Origin: an uncultured Spirochaetota bacterium
Lineage (GTDB): Bacteria > Spirochaetota > Brevinematia > Brevinematales > JAOACQ01
Direction of reading: 5' to 3'
Length of the DNA: 64,000 nucleotides
Assembly: GCA_963783575.1 (NCBI GenBank)
Contig: CAWAOD010000015.1
Span: 64,001 to 128,000 of the forward strand
Each line of letters begins with the position of its first letter. Position 1 is the stretch's first letter. This document shows, piece by piece, positions 1 to 9,947 of this stretch. A program made the position numbers and the translations under genes. The notes under the pieces were generated by a model. That model searched no databases. It was not told the DNA's origin and worked only from the letters and a program-made list of their open reading frames with translations.

Positions 1-484
1 CGCATCTCCAGTCAAAATTATAAATAAGTTGAATACTCCCGGGAATATTAATCTCAAATATTTAAATGGCTGCATTCATTATTTATGAACCGAACACCTA
101 GCAATAATATTATACCGTTTAAAATCAATATTTTTGAAACATAAATATTAAATATTTTTTAAAGACCAAACAATATAAAATTTTACAATAAATAACAAAT
201 TAAATTTTATAATTTATTATCAAATTATCTTGACTATAATTCGGTTAACTGTATCTCGATATAATAAATCAATTAATTTTAATCGGTCTGATAATTGCTT
301 ATTAATCATATCATATTCACAATATAAAATTAATTAATATAAATTACGCGATTAATTGTTAAACATTACCGCTTCAAAAAATTAGTTCAAAATTTATTTG
401 AACAATTTTAATAAAATTATACCCGATTTTTATGCGGTTTGTCAATATGACGTTTATCACTTTTTTTATATTTTTAAAAAAATA

Positions 485-513
485 TTGAAAGAAAAAAATA
501 TTTTATATATAAT
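485..513 (+). promoter_or_regulatory. sigma70-type promoter of the large lipoprotein gene
   Basis: TTGAAA (485-490), 17 nt spacer, TATAAT (508-513); RBS GGAGG just upstream of the TTG start at 587. Confidence 0.55.
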
Positions 514-586
514 CTTCAATATTTTTATTTACGAATCTCCTGTTTTTTTGAAAATAAAATTTATTTTATGAAGTTGGAGGGCCAAA

Positions 587-3500
587 TTGAAGCTTAATTT
601 AACATGTTATGTTTTATTTGCTTTTATTATAATAATATCTTACTTTGGATGCTCATCGGAGCCGAAATCCGAGAATTCAAATAGTTCCGGCAATTCGGAC
701 ACAACTCCACCTGTTGTATTAATAATTACCCCGACAAATAATGAAACGGTCGGGACAAATTTTACAGCCGGAGGGAATGTATCGGATGATTCTTCCGGCA
801 TTGACGGAGTGGAAATCTTTATTTCGCCTATAAATCTCAGTTATACCAATATTGTTCCCGCTATAAAGGGAATTACGACTTTTTCATCTGAAATTACCGT
901 TACAAATTACGGATATTTTTACATTTGGGCAAAAGCTGTTGATAGATCGGGTAATTTCAAGGTCACATCAAACTTTTTAATCAATGCGGCAAATATACCG
1001 TTTTTGAATTTTAAATTACCGGTTGAAAATGGTTTGATAAAGATTACAAACTCCGGCACTTTAATAATTTCCGGTACCGCCTCGGTCTTGGGAGCAGGCA
1101 TATCAAATGTCAGATTAATTTTCCTGTCAACTTCAAATTCCAATGCATCAACAAATGATGCTTTCGGAACGACAAACTGGGCTTTTAACGCAAATCTTTC
1201 CAATAACTCAACAAATACCATCTTGGGTTACGCCGTCTCGGATAACGGCAAAACCAGCCAGGTCCAGACGATAACAATTATTATCGATACATCGGCTCCG
1301 AATATTTCATTGTCCTGCCCGACCGACAACCAGGAATGCCCTACAAATTTCACTGCGGCAGGCGCTTTATCGGATAATATATCAGGTGTAAGCAACGCTG
1401 TTTTACATATTTCCCCGGCAAATTTCAGTTATACCAATAATTACACATTACCGGCATCATTTTCGACAAATATCTTGGTTAATCAATTCGGCAGGTATTT
1501 TATCTGGATGGATACCTTGGATAATGCCGGAAACAGCACCAATATCAGCAAAATATCTATCAATATCCCTGATGCGCCGGTTCTGAATATAACATCCCCT
1601 ATCAGTTCCGGTTTTATTTTGACAAATACCGGCAATATAATTTTCAGTGGAACATCCGGCGTCCAGGGAGGAAGTATTACCGGGCTGAAAGTTCTGGTTA
1701 CCTCCGATATTTCACAGACAAATATCACGAATGATGCTTCAGGTTTCACTAACTGGTCTTACAGAGCAAATTTAGTCCCGAATTTAACCAACCTATTTTA
1801 CGCCTATGCTGTTTCCGACAATGGAAAAACAAGCCCGATCCAGTCGATAGGTATCATCGCGGATATGCAGCCTCCCGTAATTAACTTTATCTCGTTAACT
1901 AACAATCAATTGGTAGGCGGTATTTACAATTTTTCAGGAACGGTAAATGACAGCCTTTCCGGTGTTAATCAGGTTTTCGTAAAATTTGATAATGGATTTT
2001 TTCTCCCGGTCAGTACCGCTAACGGAATCTGGCAGATTAATTATACAAACACATCCATCGGCAAGCACACAAATTATGTCTTTGCCTCGGACAAAATCGG
2101 CAATATTTCAACAACCGATTCTGTCATAGTTGAATACACCGATGAGCTGCCTTCTATTATAATAACCAATCCGGCGGCCGGGCAGATCACAAACGCTACC
2201 TCAATAAATATCAGTGGTATGGCTGGGATCGGAGTATTTTTTACTATTAGCGGGGTGTACATAATAAAGGACGGATTCCTGCAGGATGCTTCACTTAGTG
2301 TTGATAAATCTTCATGGATAAAAGAAAATCTCATGCTGACTCCAAACAGGACAAATATTATAATCGCAATGGCTGTCGGAAGCAGCGGTAAAACCAATTA
2401 TTCGGGAACCAATATATTTGTTGTTGATACAATACCCCCGGTTAATTATAATATCCTCCCAGCCAGTAACAGCATTATTAACGGCAGTTCTTATACTTTC
2501 CAGGGCAGTGTGACGGATAATTTCACAGGCATTGATAAAGTATATGTCAAGCTGGATGACAATGTATTTACGCCGGCTTCTTTTTCAGGAAACGGCTGGA
2601 TCCAGAATTATTCAATTTCTTACGGATGTCATACAAATTATGTTTATGCGGCAGATAAGGCCGGAAACATTTCTCCAACAATAACAAATATTCTGCTGTA
2701 TCCCCCGGCACTGCCCGCAGTAAATATCATTGCTCCCGCAAACAATAGCATCACAAATAACTCGGTTATCAATATTAGTGGTTCGGCGAGCACCATATCT
2801 CCTTTCGTAATCTCAAAAGTGGAAGTTTCCATCAACAACGGGCCATTCTTTGACATTGGAGTTATTCCAGGGTCTTCCCTGGCCTGGACATTGAGTAATG
2901 TTCAATTGAACGGAAATCAGACTAACACAATCATTGCAATGTCAATAGACAGCTGCAATCAGACAAATTATTCAAGTACTGTCAATATTGTTCCGGATAC
3001 TGAACCGCCAATTGTTAATTTAACTCCATTACCGGCTTTTACCAACATAAATAATTTTAATGTTTTAGCCGAAGCGGCCGATAATTTTGCCGGCGTAAAA
3101 ACCCAGTATTATATTGTAGATCATAATACCGCAAACACGTTCACGGGAAATTATTTCAATATAAGCGGTATATCTGACGGCTCTCATACAATTTACGCCT
3201 GGGCTGCCGACAAACAGAATAATTCATCCGTCACTCAATCTACAACAGTTTTTGTCGATACCACACCTCCGGTTGTTAATTTTAACTCCCCCGCAAACGG
3301 CCAGACGCTCTTATCGGCTTATCTTAATATTATCGGCTACGCGTCAGATTCCGGCAGCGGGGTTAAAGAGGTATATTTTTCGGCAGACAATGGAGCTTTC
3401 AATAAAGTGAATGGAGATATCAGCTGGAATACAAATTTTTACCTGCTTAACGGCCCGAACCGCATCTTAAAAGCATACGCTGTGGACAATATGAATAACA

Positions 3501-4295
3501 CCGGCCTGACTCAGACAATTTCCATCACAGTAGAAGCCGTGCAAAATGAAAATATGGTTTTTGTTTCGGGGGGAACATTTACAATGGGAGATTCGGTTAT
3601 TGCCACGCCGACGCATAGCGTATCAATATCCAATTTCTTTATCAGTAAATATGAAACGGCATTTGATGAATGGGATGCTTATCATACTGCCGTCTTGAAC
3701 TCGCCGAACCCGTCAGATAATACCTGGGGAAGAACTTCCAGGCCTGTTATCAATATAAACTGGTGGGATGCGATTGCTTACTGCAACTGGAAAAGCACTG
3801 CAGGAAGGCCTGCCCGCTGCGTATAATACCAATAATGGAAATTTACTTGATACAAATGGTGTGTTAACCACGGATATTACAGCCGTTAAAGGATACAGGC
3901 TTCCGACCGAAGCCGAGTGGGAATACGCCGCACGGAATATGGGAATCGATCCGGGAAGCTCGCCGTCAGGCACAAATGCGGGTTATGAGACAAATGTTGC
4001 ATGGTTCTATGATAATTCGGGCGGTAAAACTCATCCTTTGGGTGAAAAAATCCCTAATGACCTGGGAATATACGATATGAGCGGAAACGCAACTGAATGG
4101 TGCTATGACTGGTATGATAATTATGGAAGCACTAACGCAATAAATCCGGTAGGGCCGTTGTCAGGAACGTTAAAAGTTTGCCGCGGCGGAGACTTGTTCA
4201 GCGATGCAATCAACCTGAAATCGGCATATAGAAATTCAAATAGTCCAACACTCAAGGCGAGCAATATCGGTTTCAGGATTGTCAGATCGGAATAG
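587..4295 (+). CDS. Large surface lipoprotein: ~10 bacterial Ig-like (Big) domains plus C-terminal FGE-sulfatase (SUMF1/C-type lectin fold) domain; +1 frameshift near 3791-3804 splits it into ORFs 587..3826 and 3768..4295
   Basis: Lipobox YFGC; repeated DTTPP...A.D.AGN.S Ig units. FGE motifs MVFVSGGTFTMG, RPVININWWDAIAYCNW lie in frame 1; EGL..AY, YRLPTEAEWEYAAR, NDLGIYDMSGNATEWC, RGG, NIGFRIVR lie in frame 2. Removing one base gives CNWKSTAEGLPAAY. Confidence 0.85.
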
Positions 4296-4411
4296 AAAAA
4301 TTATGGCAAACGTTTGTCACTTTTTTTTATACCGGGTATAAGCCAAGTTATTATATTTATATTCCGATAAGAATGTGGTTCTTTAATTAAAAAAACTTTT
4401 GAGAAATTATT

Positions 4412-4949
4412 ATGAAAAAGTACGCTGGCCTGATTATATTTATAATTTTTATAAGCTTAATTATTATGACTAAATACTTCTTTATTAAATTAATAAATCC
4501 TGAAAATAAAGCGTCCTCAATGCATAGCCTCAAAGCAGAACAAATCGATAAACCCGGTACGTCGCAACCGGGAGCCACACCTGTGTCAAGCAGCTTACCT
4601 GGCCTGCCTACGCCGGATCTCCGGCAGATAGACGGCAGACAGGGCACACATGTCTAAAAAGGAAATAAGCCCTTCAAAAAGTTCTGCAAAAGCTGAAAAT
4701 ACATTTCTGCCGAAGGAAACTGAAACAATCAATAATACAGATCAGGGGACGCAGGCAAGCCGGTCAATTTCAAATAATGATGAAGGCAATGTGATTATAG
4801 AGTTCTATGGCCGGAAAACAAACACAATCTGGATCAAAAAAAATCTGACTGACGATAATGAAGAAATTTCTACCGACAGCAATGCAATAATAGGCGAAGA
4901 TGAAAGTACCGTTTACAAGCCGATTAAAAAAGAAGGAACAAACAATTAA
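4412..4949 (+). CDS. Membrane-anchored low-complexity hypothetical protein(s) upstream of secretin; ORFs 4412..4657 and 4650..4949 may be one frameshifted gene
   Basis: N-terminal hydrophobic anchor followed by S/T/K/N-rich sequence; the two ORFs overlap in +1 frame; second stop abuts the secretin RBS. Confidence 0.5.
4603..4643. repeat. GC-rich nested palindromic insert (CCTGCCT...GGCAGACAGG)
   Basis: Imperfect outer inverted repeat with perfect inner GCCGGA-TC-TCCGGC hairpin, in otherwise AT-rich coding DNA. Confidence 0.45.
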
Positions 4950-4959
4950 GGAGGATTTT

Positions 4960-6387
4960 GTGTTTTATAAAAATACCATAATAATTCTAACCTTTATATT
5001 TATATTAAATTCATTTTGTTCAGCCCAGGAAGCCTTCCATGAAAGCGAGGGCGGTCTTATCATACAGATAAAAGACAACCTGATAGAAAATCTTTCCGGT
5101 GATTTCTCCGCGACTTTCCAGGCAACGCCGGTAAAAGACGTGTTCCGTATCTTTGCGATGCAGAGCGGGCTTAACATTATGGTCAGCCCGAATATCAACG
5201 CCTCCGTAACCGCGAATTTCAACAAGGTCGGAATAAAGGACGCCTTTTTAGCCATACTCACTGCAAATAATCTTTATTATCTTGTCCAGGGAAGCATAGT
5301 AAAGATCCTCACATCCCGTGAATATAAATACGAGCTTCTCAGGCAATATGTTATCACAAAAACTTACGACGCGTCGATCATAGACATCAAAAACCTGGCT
5401 GCCGTATTAAAACCAATGCTATCGCCTGATATTGGAACCTTCACCATTGATGCCCAGTCTTCAAAGATAATTGTGATGGATATCAAGGACAATTTTGAAA
5501 GGCTGGATAATTTATTTAAGGAGATATCATCATTACCGAAATCAGTAGAGATTGAAGCGAAAGTTATTGAAATTGCCTTGGGTAAAGGCACAGAAATGGG
5601 TATCAACTGGTCTGCTGTGAATATAGGAAATGCGATCAATGTGAACGTCAATCTGCCGCCTCAAAATGCAAGCAACCTTATCGTTGCTCTGGGTGGCGGA
5701 GAAATGGTTACAATTGGGGGCGGCCAGATCTTCAATAATATAAGCGCAAATGCAATTATTGCAGCCATATCTACAAAAAATAAAACAACTTTGCTTTCCC
5801 AGCCAAAAATCCTGGCAATAAACAGGCAGGAGGCTACAATCCATATCGGTGAGAACGTTCCTTATATAAAAAGCGTAATAAACAGTACAACAGCACAGCA
5901 AACAACATCACAGGTAGATTTTATCCCTGTAGGCATAAGGATTATAGTTACACCGATGATAACAACTGAGGATGAAGTAAAGATGGATATTAAAGCAGAA
6001 TTCAGTTCACAAGAACTTCAGGATATAGGCAATGGTGAAAAAGCGCCCCTTATCACAACGACGGAGATAACCTGTGAGCCTATAGTAAGAGATGAACAGA
6101 CAGTAATAATCGGGGGACTGATTGAAAGCAGTAAAACAACATCAAGAAAGGGCATTCCCCTTTTAATGGACATTCCTTTTTTAGGGTATTTATTCTCGCA
6201 TAACAGTGATGTAATTAATCGTACCGAACGCGCCATTTTTCTGACCCCGCATATACTTAAAGACGGAAAAAGCAACATCGGTTTTAAAAATAATTCCATA
6301 GATATGCTGAAAGAAGCCGAAGTTTATAATACTAATACAAATATCACAGGTCTTGTTACAAACATCCGTATAACAAACGGAAAATAA
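4960..6387 (+). CDS. Secretin (GspD/PilQ family) with N-terminal STN-like domain
   Basis: GTG start with AAGGAGG RBS; secretin motifs VEIEAKVIE, LSQPKILA, IIGGLI, GIPLLMDIPFLGYLF, ER.IFLTP.I. Confidence 0.9.
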   Translation: MFYKNTIIILTFIFILNSFCSAQEAFHESEGGLIIQIKDNLIENLSGDFSATFQATPVKDVFRIFAMQSGLNIMVSPNINASVTANFNKVGIKDAFLAILTANNLYYLVQGSIVKILTSREYKYELLRQYVITKTYDASIIDIKNLAAVLKPMLSPDIGTFTIDAQSSKIIVMDIKDNFERLDNLFKEISSLPKSVEIEAKVIEIALGKGTEMGINWSAVNIGNAINVNVNLPPQNASNLIVALGGGEMVTIGGGQIFNNISANAIIAAISTKNKTTLLSQPKILAINRQEATIHIGENVPYIKSVINSTTAQQTTSQVDFIPVGIRIIVTPMITTEDEVKMDIKAEFSSQELQDIGNGEKAPLITTTEITCEPIVRDEQTVIIGGLIESSKTTSRKGIPLLMDIPFLGYLFSHNSDVINRTERAIFLTPHILKDGKSNIGFKNNSIDMLKEAEVYNTNTNITGLVTNIRITNGK

Positions 6388-6389
6388 AG

Positions 6390-8336
6390 ATGCAAAGGCT
6401 CAAAGCTTCAATTATCATAACAGCCCTGGTCACCGTGATAATTCTTTTCATCCTGGCGATGATTCTTCTGAATATACTTTATTTTTCGATGAACAATTCG
6501 GAAAGGGATGCCGAGATCAACCGGGGAAGATGGTTTCTTGAGGGTCGTATTCAGGAATATTTCGATGCCCTGATGACCGGGGGCGGGTTAAATTTAACCG
6601 GAAAAATCATACAAAAAGAGAATATTGCCGGTTTCGAGCAAAACTACCTGTTTGAAACAATCCGTAAAAATGAAAACTCTTATATACTGCATGCGTCAAT
6701 GAACTGGAATAACAGATACCCAATCGAGCAGCAAATAGAATTCGGCAGGCTTAACCTGTTCGATTACGCGGTATTCTTTAACGGCGGCAATATGGCCGAT
6801 AGCATACGAAATATTGTAATCGCAGGCGATATAGGCTCTTCCGGAAACCTAACCATTTCACAGGAATCCGGAACAAGTTTTTATTGCTATTTTTCCGGAT
6901 TAAAGATGCCCAGGGCCGATTATTTTTCTTCGGAACCCAGGCTTGAACCGTTATTCTTTACAAACAATCCGCTGGAATTGACAGATAATTATGATTCAAT
7001 TACCCAATGGACAATTTTCAAGGGTAAAAGACTCCTTTACAGGAAAATTGAGGAAAAATTTGATCTGCCCATTTTTCAAAAAGTCTGGGATACTTATGCG
7101 CCTTTCCGGGATGAAAACTGGATCATTACAAAAGATTTTCCCATTAAAGAAACAAATATTATAAATATGCTGACAGGAGAGAAGGAACTGGTCGCAGTCG
7201 GCGACGGCCATTCCACCGTATTCCGGGTTAAAGCGGGCACCATTAATAACGTATACATAAAAAAAACAGATTCCTATAGCAGGTATCAATACCTGGACTC
7301 ACGAAAATATTCTTACTTTACGGGCGAAAATGAAAGGGAAAGTTATTTTACTTACAATAACGAAAAGCTGGAGTTGAAAGCTTCCTCCGAAGCGGTACCG
7401 CTTTTTCTCCCGGAAGATTCCTTCCGCAGTCCCGGTTATTTCACGCTATGCGGAAGCAACTTTTCTTTTATTTCATCGGATGAAAATATCGGAAACTTTT
7501 ATTTCGGCAGGATTTCCCTGACCGGCATGCTTGTTGAAGGAATCGATTACAGCTACAGTAAGGCCGATAAATCGGTGACGATGCTGTCCGATAAATTTTA
7601 CAGGTCAAGAATTTTTTTGGTAGGTACCGGCGATGGTAAAACAACAATTTTTCCGGTAACTTTAATCCCTGGTAATTATCTTTACTATTCCGGAAATAAC
7701 AGAATTACTTCATACAATCAAAATGACAATAATCTGACAATCAGTCCGCCGCCTAAAAGAGATCAGAAGATTACCGCGTTTTCCCCTCCCGCAATTTTTT
7801 TTAAAAAAGAACCGCCCTCAAAAGGCGTTGGAATATTTATTGATAAAACCGATCATTGCGCATTGCTTGATTTAAATTCAATTATAAATCCGCCAAAAAA
7901 TGGGGTGATTTTTTCCTTTCTGCCGCTTCTTGTAAAAGGCAAAAGCAGTTTTCCCTTAATGATTCTGTCAAAAGAAAATATCTACCTGGAAAATATCAAT
8001 CCTGATAATACCGGCGAGACTTTAATGTTTGCAGCGCAAAAAGGTATCTGGATTTACAGCACCTTAAAAAAAACAGGGAATATTATCAATAAATGCTTTA
8101 TATATTCACCTAACAGCGCCTTATTCTCAGTCAATGAGAATGGCGAAAATGATAATTCATACGTCAGTATATACGGTACGGTTATTCTAACATCGGAAAA
8201 CACAAATTCGGTTTCCGGAAATCCGAAGTCCGGTATCAGTTATATTTATTTTCCGGGATTAACCGGTGAAATGGACCGTATCCCTTTTAAATTATTTCCG
8301 ATGCCTTTGAATATTGACCTGGTAAAAAGAAATTGA
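6390..8336 (+). CDS. PilX/GspK-like membrane-anchored accessory protein with long beta-rich extension
   Basis: KA|SIIITALV pilin-like hydrophobic N-terminus, LFDYAVF motif, position between secretin and assembly ATPase. Confidence 0.6.
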   Translation: MQRLKASIIITALVTVIILFILAMILLNILYFSMNNSERDAEINRGRWFLEGRIQEYFDALMTGGGLNLTGKIIQKENIAGFEQNYLFETIRKNENSYILHASMNWNNRYPIEQQIEFGRLNLFDYAVFFNGGNMADSIRNIVIAGDIGSSGNLTISQESGTSFYCYFSGLKMPRADYFSSEPRLEPLFFTNNPLELTDNYDSITQWTIFKGKRLLYRKIEEKFDLPIFQKVWDTYAPFRDENWIITKDFPIKETNIINMLTGEKELVAVGDGHSTVFRVKAGTINNVYIKKTDSYSRYQYLDSRKYSYFTGENERESYFTYNNEKLELKASSEAVPLFLPEDSFRSPGYFTLCGSNFSFISSDENIGNFYFGRISLTGMLVEGIDYSYSKADKSVTMLSDKFYRSRIFLVGTGDGKTTIFPVTLIPGNYLYYSGNNRITSYNQNDNNLTISPPPKRDQKITAFSPPAIFFKKEPPSKGVGIFIDKTDHCALLDLNSIINPPKNGVIFSFLPLLVKGKSSFPLMILSKENIYLENINPDNTGETLMFAAQKGIWIYSTLKKTGNIINKCFIYSPNSALFSVNENGENDNSYVSIYGTVILTSENTNSVSGNPKSGISYIYFPGLTGEMDRIPFKLFPMPLNIDLVKRN

Positions 8337-8359
8337 TAAAATAAGACGGGAGTTTTATA

Positions 8360-9946
8360 ATGGCCGAACATTTCAATCCGCTGCTGGGAGCTTTGCTTCT
8401 GGAAGAAAACGTCATCGACGGCAAAATGCTTGATGAAGCTTTACTCAACCAGATTGATACAGGGAAAAAACTGGGCAGGATTCTTATTGATAAAGGTTAT
8501 ATTGATGAAGAAACATTATACAAATTCCTGGGAAAACAGATAGGGATTGAATTTAAAACAAAAATCGAGTCCGGTCCCATTCCCGGGTATTTTGAACTTA
8601 TTCCTTACGATTACTGCCTGAAAAACCGTATTGCACCATATATACTAACAACAAAAACAATCGGGATTTACATCAGCGATCCTTCAAACAGGACAATTAT
8701 AAATGAATTGTCCTTTATGACGGGCAGGACGATTGAAGCGGATTACGCGACCGAAAGCGCCGTTATGGATTACCTTAGAAAATATTCGCGGGCAAATGCC
8801 CGTAATGCCGGTAAAACGACTGAAAATGAACATCCCGAAGCGGATTATCTTTCTGAAAAGAATTCACCGGTGGTAAAATATATCGATAACACAATTACCG
8901 AAGCTATAGCTCAGAATGCTTCCGATATTCATTTCGAAATATTTGAAAATAAAGCTCTTTTAAAGTACAGGATTGACGGCAGGCTTCATAAGGCTGACGA
9001 GCCTGATAAAGATCTTTACACAGGTTTGATATCCAGGATTAAGATTATGTCCGATCTCGACATATCCGAAAGAAGGCTGCCTCAGGACGGCAAAGCGGTT
9101 TTCCGCTATGAAAACCGCCAGGTCGATATCCGGATATCCGTTATACCGACAATTTACGGTGAAAACGCTGTTTTAAGACTGCTCGATAAGGAAAAATCTA
9201 TATTATCAATCGATGACCTTGGATTATCGGAGATAATGAGCCGGGATTTGAAAAAGGAAGCCGAAAGGCCCAACGGTATGGTACTGATAACAGGGCCAAC
9301 AGGAAGCGGTAAAACCACAACGCTTTACGCGATTCTTCAATACATAAAACAATCCGGCCAGAAGATCATAACGATAGAAGATCCGGTCGAATACAGGATT
9401 GACGGTGTATCTCAGGTTCAGGCACATCCTGACATCGGGCTTACCTTTGCGGCGGGGCTCAGGGCATTTCTGCGGCATGACCCAGATATTATTATGGTCG
9501 GTGAAATCCGCGATAAAGAAACCGCTGAGATTGCAGTCCGTGCAGCTCTAACAGGCCATCTTGTTCTCTCGACGATCCATACGAACAGCACCGTAAGCAC
9601 TATAACACGCTTTATCGATATGGGCATACCGCCCTATTTAATATCATCAACAATAAATCTGATCATCGCCCAGAGGCTTGTTAGAAAAATCTGCCCCGAA
9701 TGCCGCGGCGCCGGATGCAATCATTGCAGGAACACAGGTTTTTCAGGAAGGGTAGCCCTGTTCGAGTTCCTTAAAATTTCAAAAAGCGTTAAAGAAGCGG
9801 TAAATAAGGGATCCACTCTTGCTGAGATTGAGGATACCGCGAAAAAAGAAGGATTCATCCGGCTCATAGAATACGGGCGGAAGCTGGCGGATTCGGGAAT
9901 TACAACTTTGGAAGAAATTGAAAAGACAGCCGGAACTGGAGATTAG
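8360..9946 (+). CDS. pilB: Type II secretion/type IV pilus assembly ATPase (GspE/PilB) with MshEN-like N-terminus
   Basis: ASDIHFE, ERRLPQDG, Walker A GPTGSGKT, TIEDPVE, LRHDPDIIMVGEIRD, TGHLVLSTIHTN, CxxC...CxxC. Confidence 0.93.
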   Translation: MAEHFNPLLGALLLEENVIDGKMLDEALLNQIDTGKKLGRILIDKGYIDEETLYKFLGKQIGIEFKTKIESGPIPGYFELIPYDYCLKNRIAPYILTTKTIGIYISDPSNRTIINELSFMTGRTIEADYATESAVMDYLRKYSRANARNAGKTTENEHPEADYLSEKNSPVVKYIDNTITEAIAQNASDIHFEIFENKALLKYRIDGRLHKADEPDKDLYTGLISRIKIMSDLDISERRLPQDGKAVFRYENRQVDIRISVIPTIYGENAVLRLLDKEKSILSIDDLGLSEIMSRDLKKEAERPNGMVLITGPTGSGKTTTLYAILQYIKQSGQKIITIEDPVEYRIDGVSQVQAHPDIGLTFAAGLRAFLRHDPDIIMVGEIRDKETAEIAVRAALTGHLVLSTIHTNSTVSTITRFIDMGIPPYLISSTINLIIAQRLVRKICPECRGAGCNHCRNTGFSGRVALFEFLKISKSVKEAVNKGSTLAEIEDTAKKEGFIRLIEYGRKLADSGITTLEEIEKTAGTGD

Positions 9947-9947
9947 T

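Noticed and set aside
1..75. Possible gene start running off the left edge on the minus strand (MQPFKYLRLIFPG...)
   Set aside because: Only 25 codons, weak RBS, no recognisable motif
120..480. Extremely AT-rich stretch as replication origin
   Set aside because: No DnaA-box cluster or dnaA/dnaN context; consistent with a divergent promoter region
4170..4295. FGE C-terminus as the variable region of a diversity-generating retroelement
   Set aside because: No adenine-variant template repeat, reverse transcriptase or Avd gene seen in the window; a remote DGR cannot be excluded
4304..4318. TGGCAAACGTTTGTC as sigma54 promoter
   Set aside because: Lacks GC at the required -12 spacing
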